DNA from: Pseudomonadota bacterium
Lineage (GTDB): Bacteria > Bdellovibrionota_B > Oligoflexia > Oligoflexales > CAIYRB01
Direction of reading: 5' to 3'
DNA: 64,000 nucleotides
NCBI GenBank assembly: GCA_031416315.1
Contig: JANOTL010000130.1
Location: forward strand, 23,605 to 87,604
Below the pieces are notes generated by a model. It saw nothing but the letters and a program-made list of their open reading frames with translations, did no database searches and had not been told where the DNA came from. The position numbers and the translations under genes are program-made. Position 1 is the stretch's first letter. Each line of letters opens with the position of its first letter. This document shows positions 62,769 through 64,000 of the stretch, piece after piece.

Positions 62769-63415
62769 GCATGAGAAACCTGCACAGTCTGCTGCTGGGC
62801 GCGGTCCTCGCGCTCTCGGCCGCTTGCTCGGCGGATCCGGAGCCCGACTCTTTCGGCTCCTGCTCCTTGAGTTGCGCGCAGCCGCGTGTCGCGGCGTCGA
62901 ACTACATCGTGCGCCCGCTGTCGCCGGAGACCGACCTCAAGATCGCCTGCGTCGGCGACTTCTCCTCCAACAGCGTCTTGGCGCTGAACGGCCCGGTGCA
63001 GGTGAAGTATCAGGTCCTCGAGAAGACCAAGGTTTTCAGCGGCGGCAAGGGGGGCGGCGCGGGCGACGCGGCCGCGGCGCCCGCCGGCCTGGTCGACCCT
63101 GAGGACATCGAGGTTCCCCGCGGCGGCATCGGCTTCGAGCCCTGGGTCTCCGGAGTCCTCGCGGGCGAAAAGACCTCCCCAGAGTTCATAAACCCCGACA
63201 ACACCATCACGCCGTTCAAGTTCGCCGGCGTCGTCACACCCTCCAGCGAATGGTGCTCCGACACCTGCGGAGTCATCAGCTTCGAGGTCTGGCCGACCTG
63301 CGTCGAGAACACCGAGAACGCCATCTCCGCTGGCATCCTCGTCGGGGGCGTGAAAGTCGACTCCTTCTACAAGATCACGGTCAGCACCGCCGACCCGGCC
63401 GAGACGGCACCCTGA
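62765..63415 (+). CDS. Cys-containing lipoprotein coupled to pilQ
   Basis: ATGA overlap with pilQ stop; lipobox SAAC; CSLSC, WCSDTC. Confidence 0.8.
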   Translation: MSMRNLHSLLLGAVLALSAACSADPEPDSFGSCSLSCAQPRVAASNYIVRPLSPETDLKIACVGDFSSNSVLALNGPVQVKYQVLEKTKVFSGGKGGGAGDAAAAPAGLVDPEDIEVPRGGIGFEPWVSGVLAGEKTSPEFINPDNTITPFKFAGVVTPSSEWCSDTCGVISFEVWPTCVENTENAISAGILVGGVKVDSFYKITVSTADPAETAP

Positions 63416-63444
63416 GTTTCTGAAAAATGGTGTATGGTGATCGG

Positions 63445-64000
63445 ATGGATGGACCTTGGCTAGCCCTGCTGGAGAAGCTGCCGCTCTCGCGCACCGAGCG
63501 TGAGGTCGTGAAGCGCTTCGAGACCGACCCGCAGGGCCGCACCTTTCTCCCGATCGCCGACATCCTGCGCTCGCACCGTCTCGTCGACGAAAGCCTCGAG
63601 CTCCTGACGCAAGGGGTCGACCGCCACCCGACCTTCACCGTGGCGCGCGTCGTCCTCGCTCGCGAGCTCCTACAAAAGGGGCTCGTGGAAAGCGCTTGGC
63701 GGGCCCTCGAGGCTTCGCCGGTGCCCTTGGGCGAGAACATCCTGGCGCAAAAGCTCCGCTTCCGCCTGGCCGTCTTCCTCCTGCGCAACGCCGAGGCGCG
63801 CGCCATCCTGCGGCACATGCAACTGCATCAGATGGTCGACGCCGATACGAAGAAGGTCGCCGACCTCCTTGAAGTCACCGGCCTGGACGCCGCGCACGCC
63901 CGCCTCGTCGAGGATCTGCGCGCCCGGGGCACTGAGCCGGTCTTGCCGGCACTGCCGCCCGAGCCGCCGCTGCCGGTCGACGCCGCCACGGCCGCCGCCG
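63445..64000 (+). CDS. Tetratricopeptide-repeat protein, runs off the window
   Basis: Not in the ORF track; manual translation DPQGRTFLPIADILR...ESLELLTQGVDRHPTFTVARVVLAR is TPR-like. Confidence 0.75.
   Translation, partial: MDGPWLALLEKLPLSRTEREVVKRFETDPQGRTFLPIADILRSHRLVDESLELLTQGVDRHPTFTVARVVLARELLQKGLVESAWRALEASPVPLGENILAQKLRFRLAVFLLRNAEARAILRHMQLHQMVDADTKKVADLLEVTGLDAAHARLVEDLRARGTEPVLPALPPEPPLPVDAATAAA

Overview
A GC-rich bacterial chromosomal segment with no mobile elements, tRNA/rRNA or CRISPR array visible. The gene content (many Sec/SPII lipoproteins, GP42-type transglutaminase, LD-carboxypeptidase+NTF2 protein, STAS-zinc ribbon proteins, FlhG-like/J-domain-HTH/rluD block, pilMNOPQ) suggests Bdellovibrionota/Oligoflexia or a related deltaproteobacterial lineage (inference). 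Housekeeping genes: trpBA, aminotransferase-pheS-pheT-PPIase-FMN reductase, rsmI, sthA, rluD, cystathionine beta-synthase, DTW-domain tRNA enzyme, type IVa pilus pilMNOPQ. A 6S RNA (minus strand, about 32850-33048) and two edge-truncated genes are absent from the ORF track. Most interesting: (1) a stand-alone secreted, membrane-anchored protein joining two FliF-like periplasmic repeats to FliG middle/C-terminal domains, co-transcribed with a cNMP-binding protein and a STAS-Zn-ribbon protein (48022-51298), a candidate non-flagellar ring/rotor; (2) an uncharacterised exported heme cluster (RoxA/MauG-superfamily di-heme lipoprotein, two 'RDE(I/V)R..PG..LGRAY' paralogs, a CXXCH+CX3CH cytochrome, a lipoprotein) next to an aldehyde dehydrogenase (9805-17926); (3) a caspase-fold lipoprotein, a transglutaminase lipoprotein and a QQP-rich lipoprotein clustered together; (4) a candidate small RNA with two C-rich-loop hairpins (about 38244-38330); (5) a cytochrome gene with one in-frame TAG; (6) a 1291-aa lipoprotein PilQ with an internal second signal-peptide-like segment. 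Family calls are from motif recognition by eye; no searches were run.
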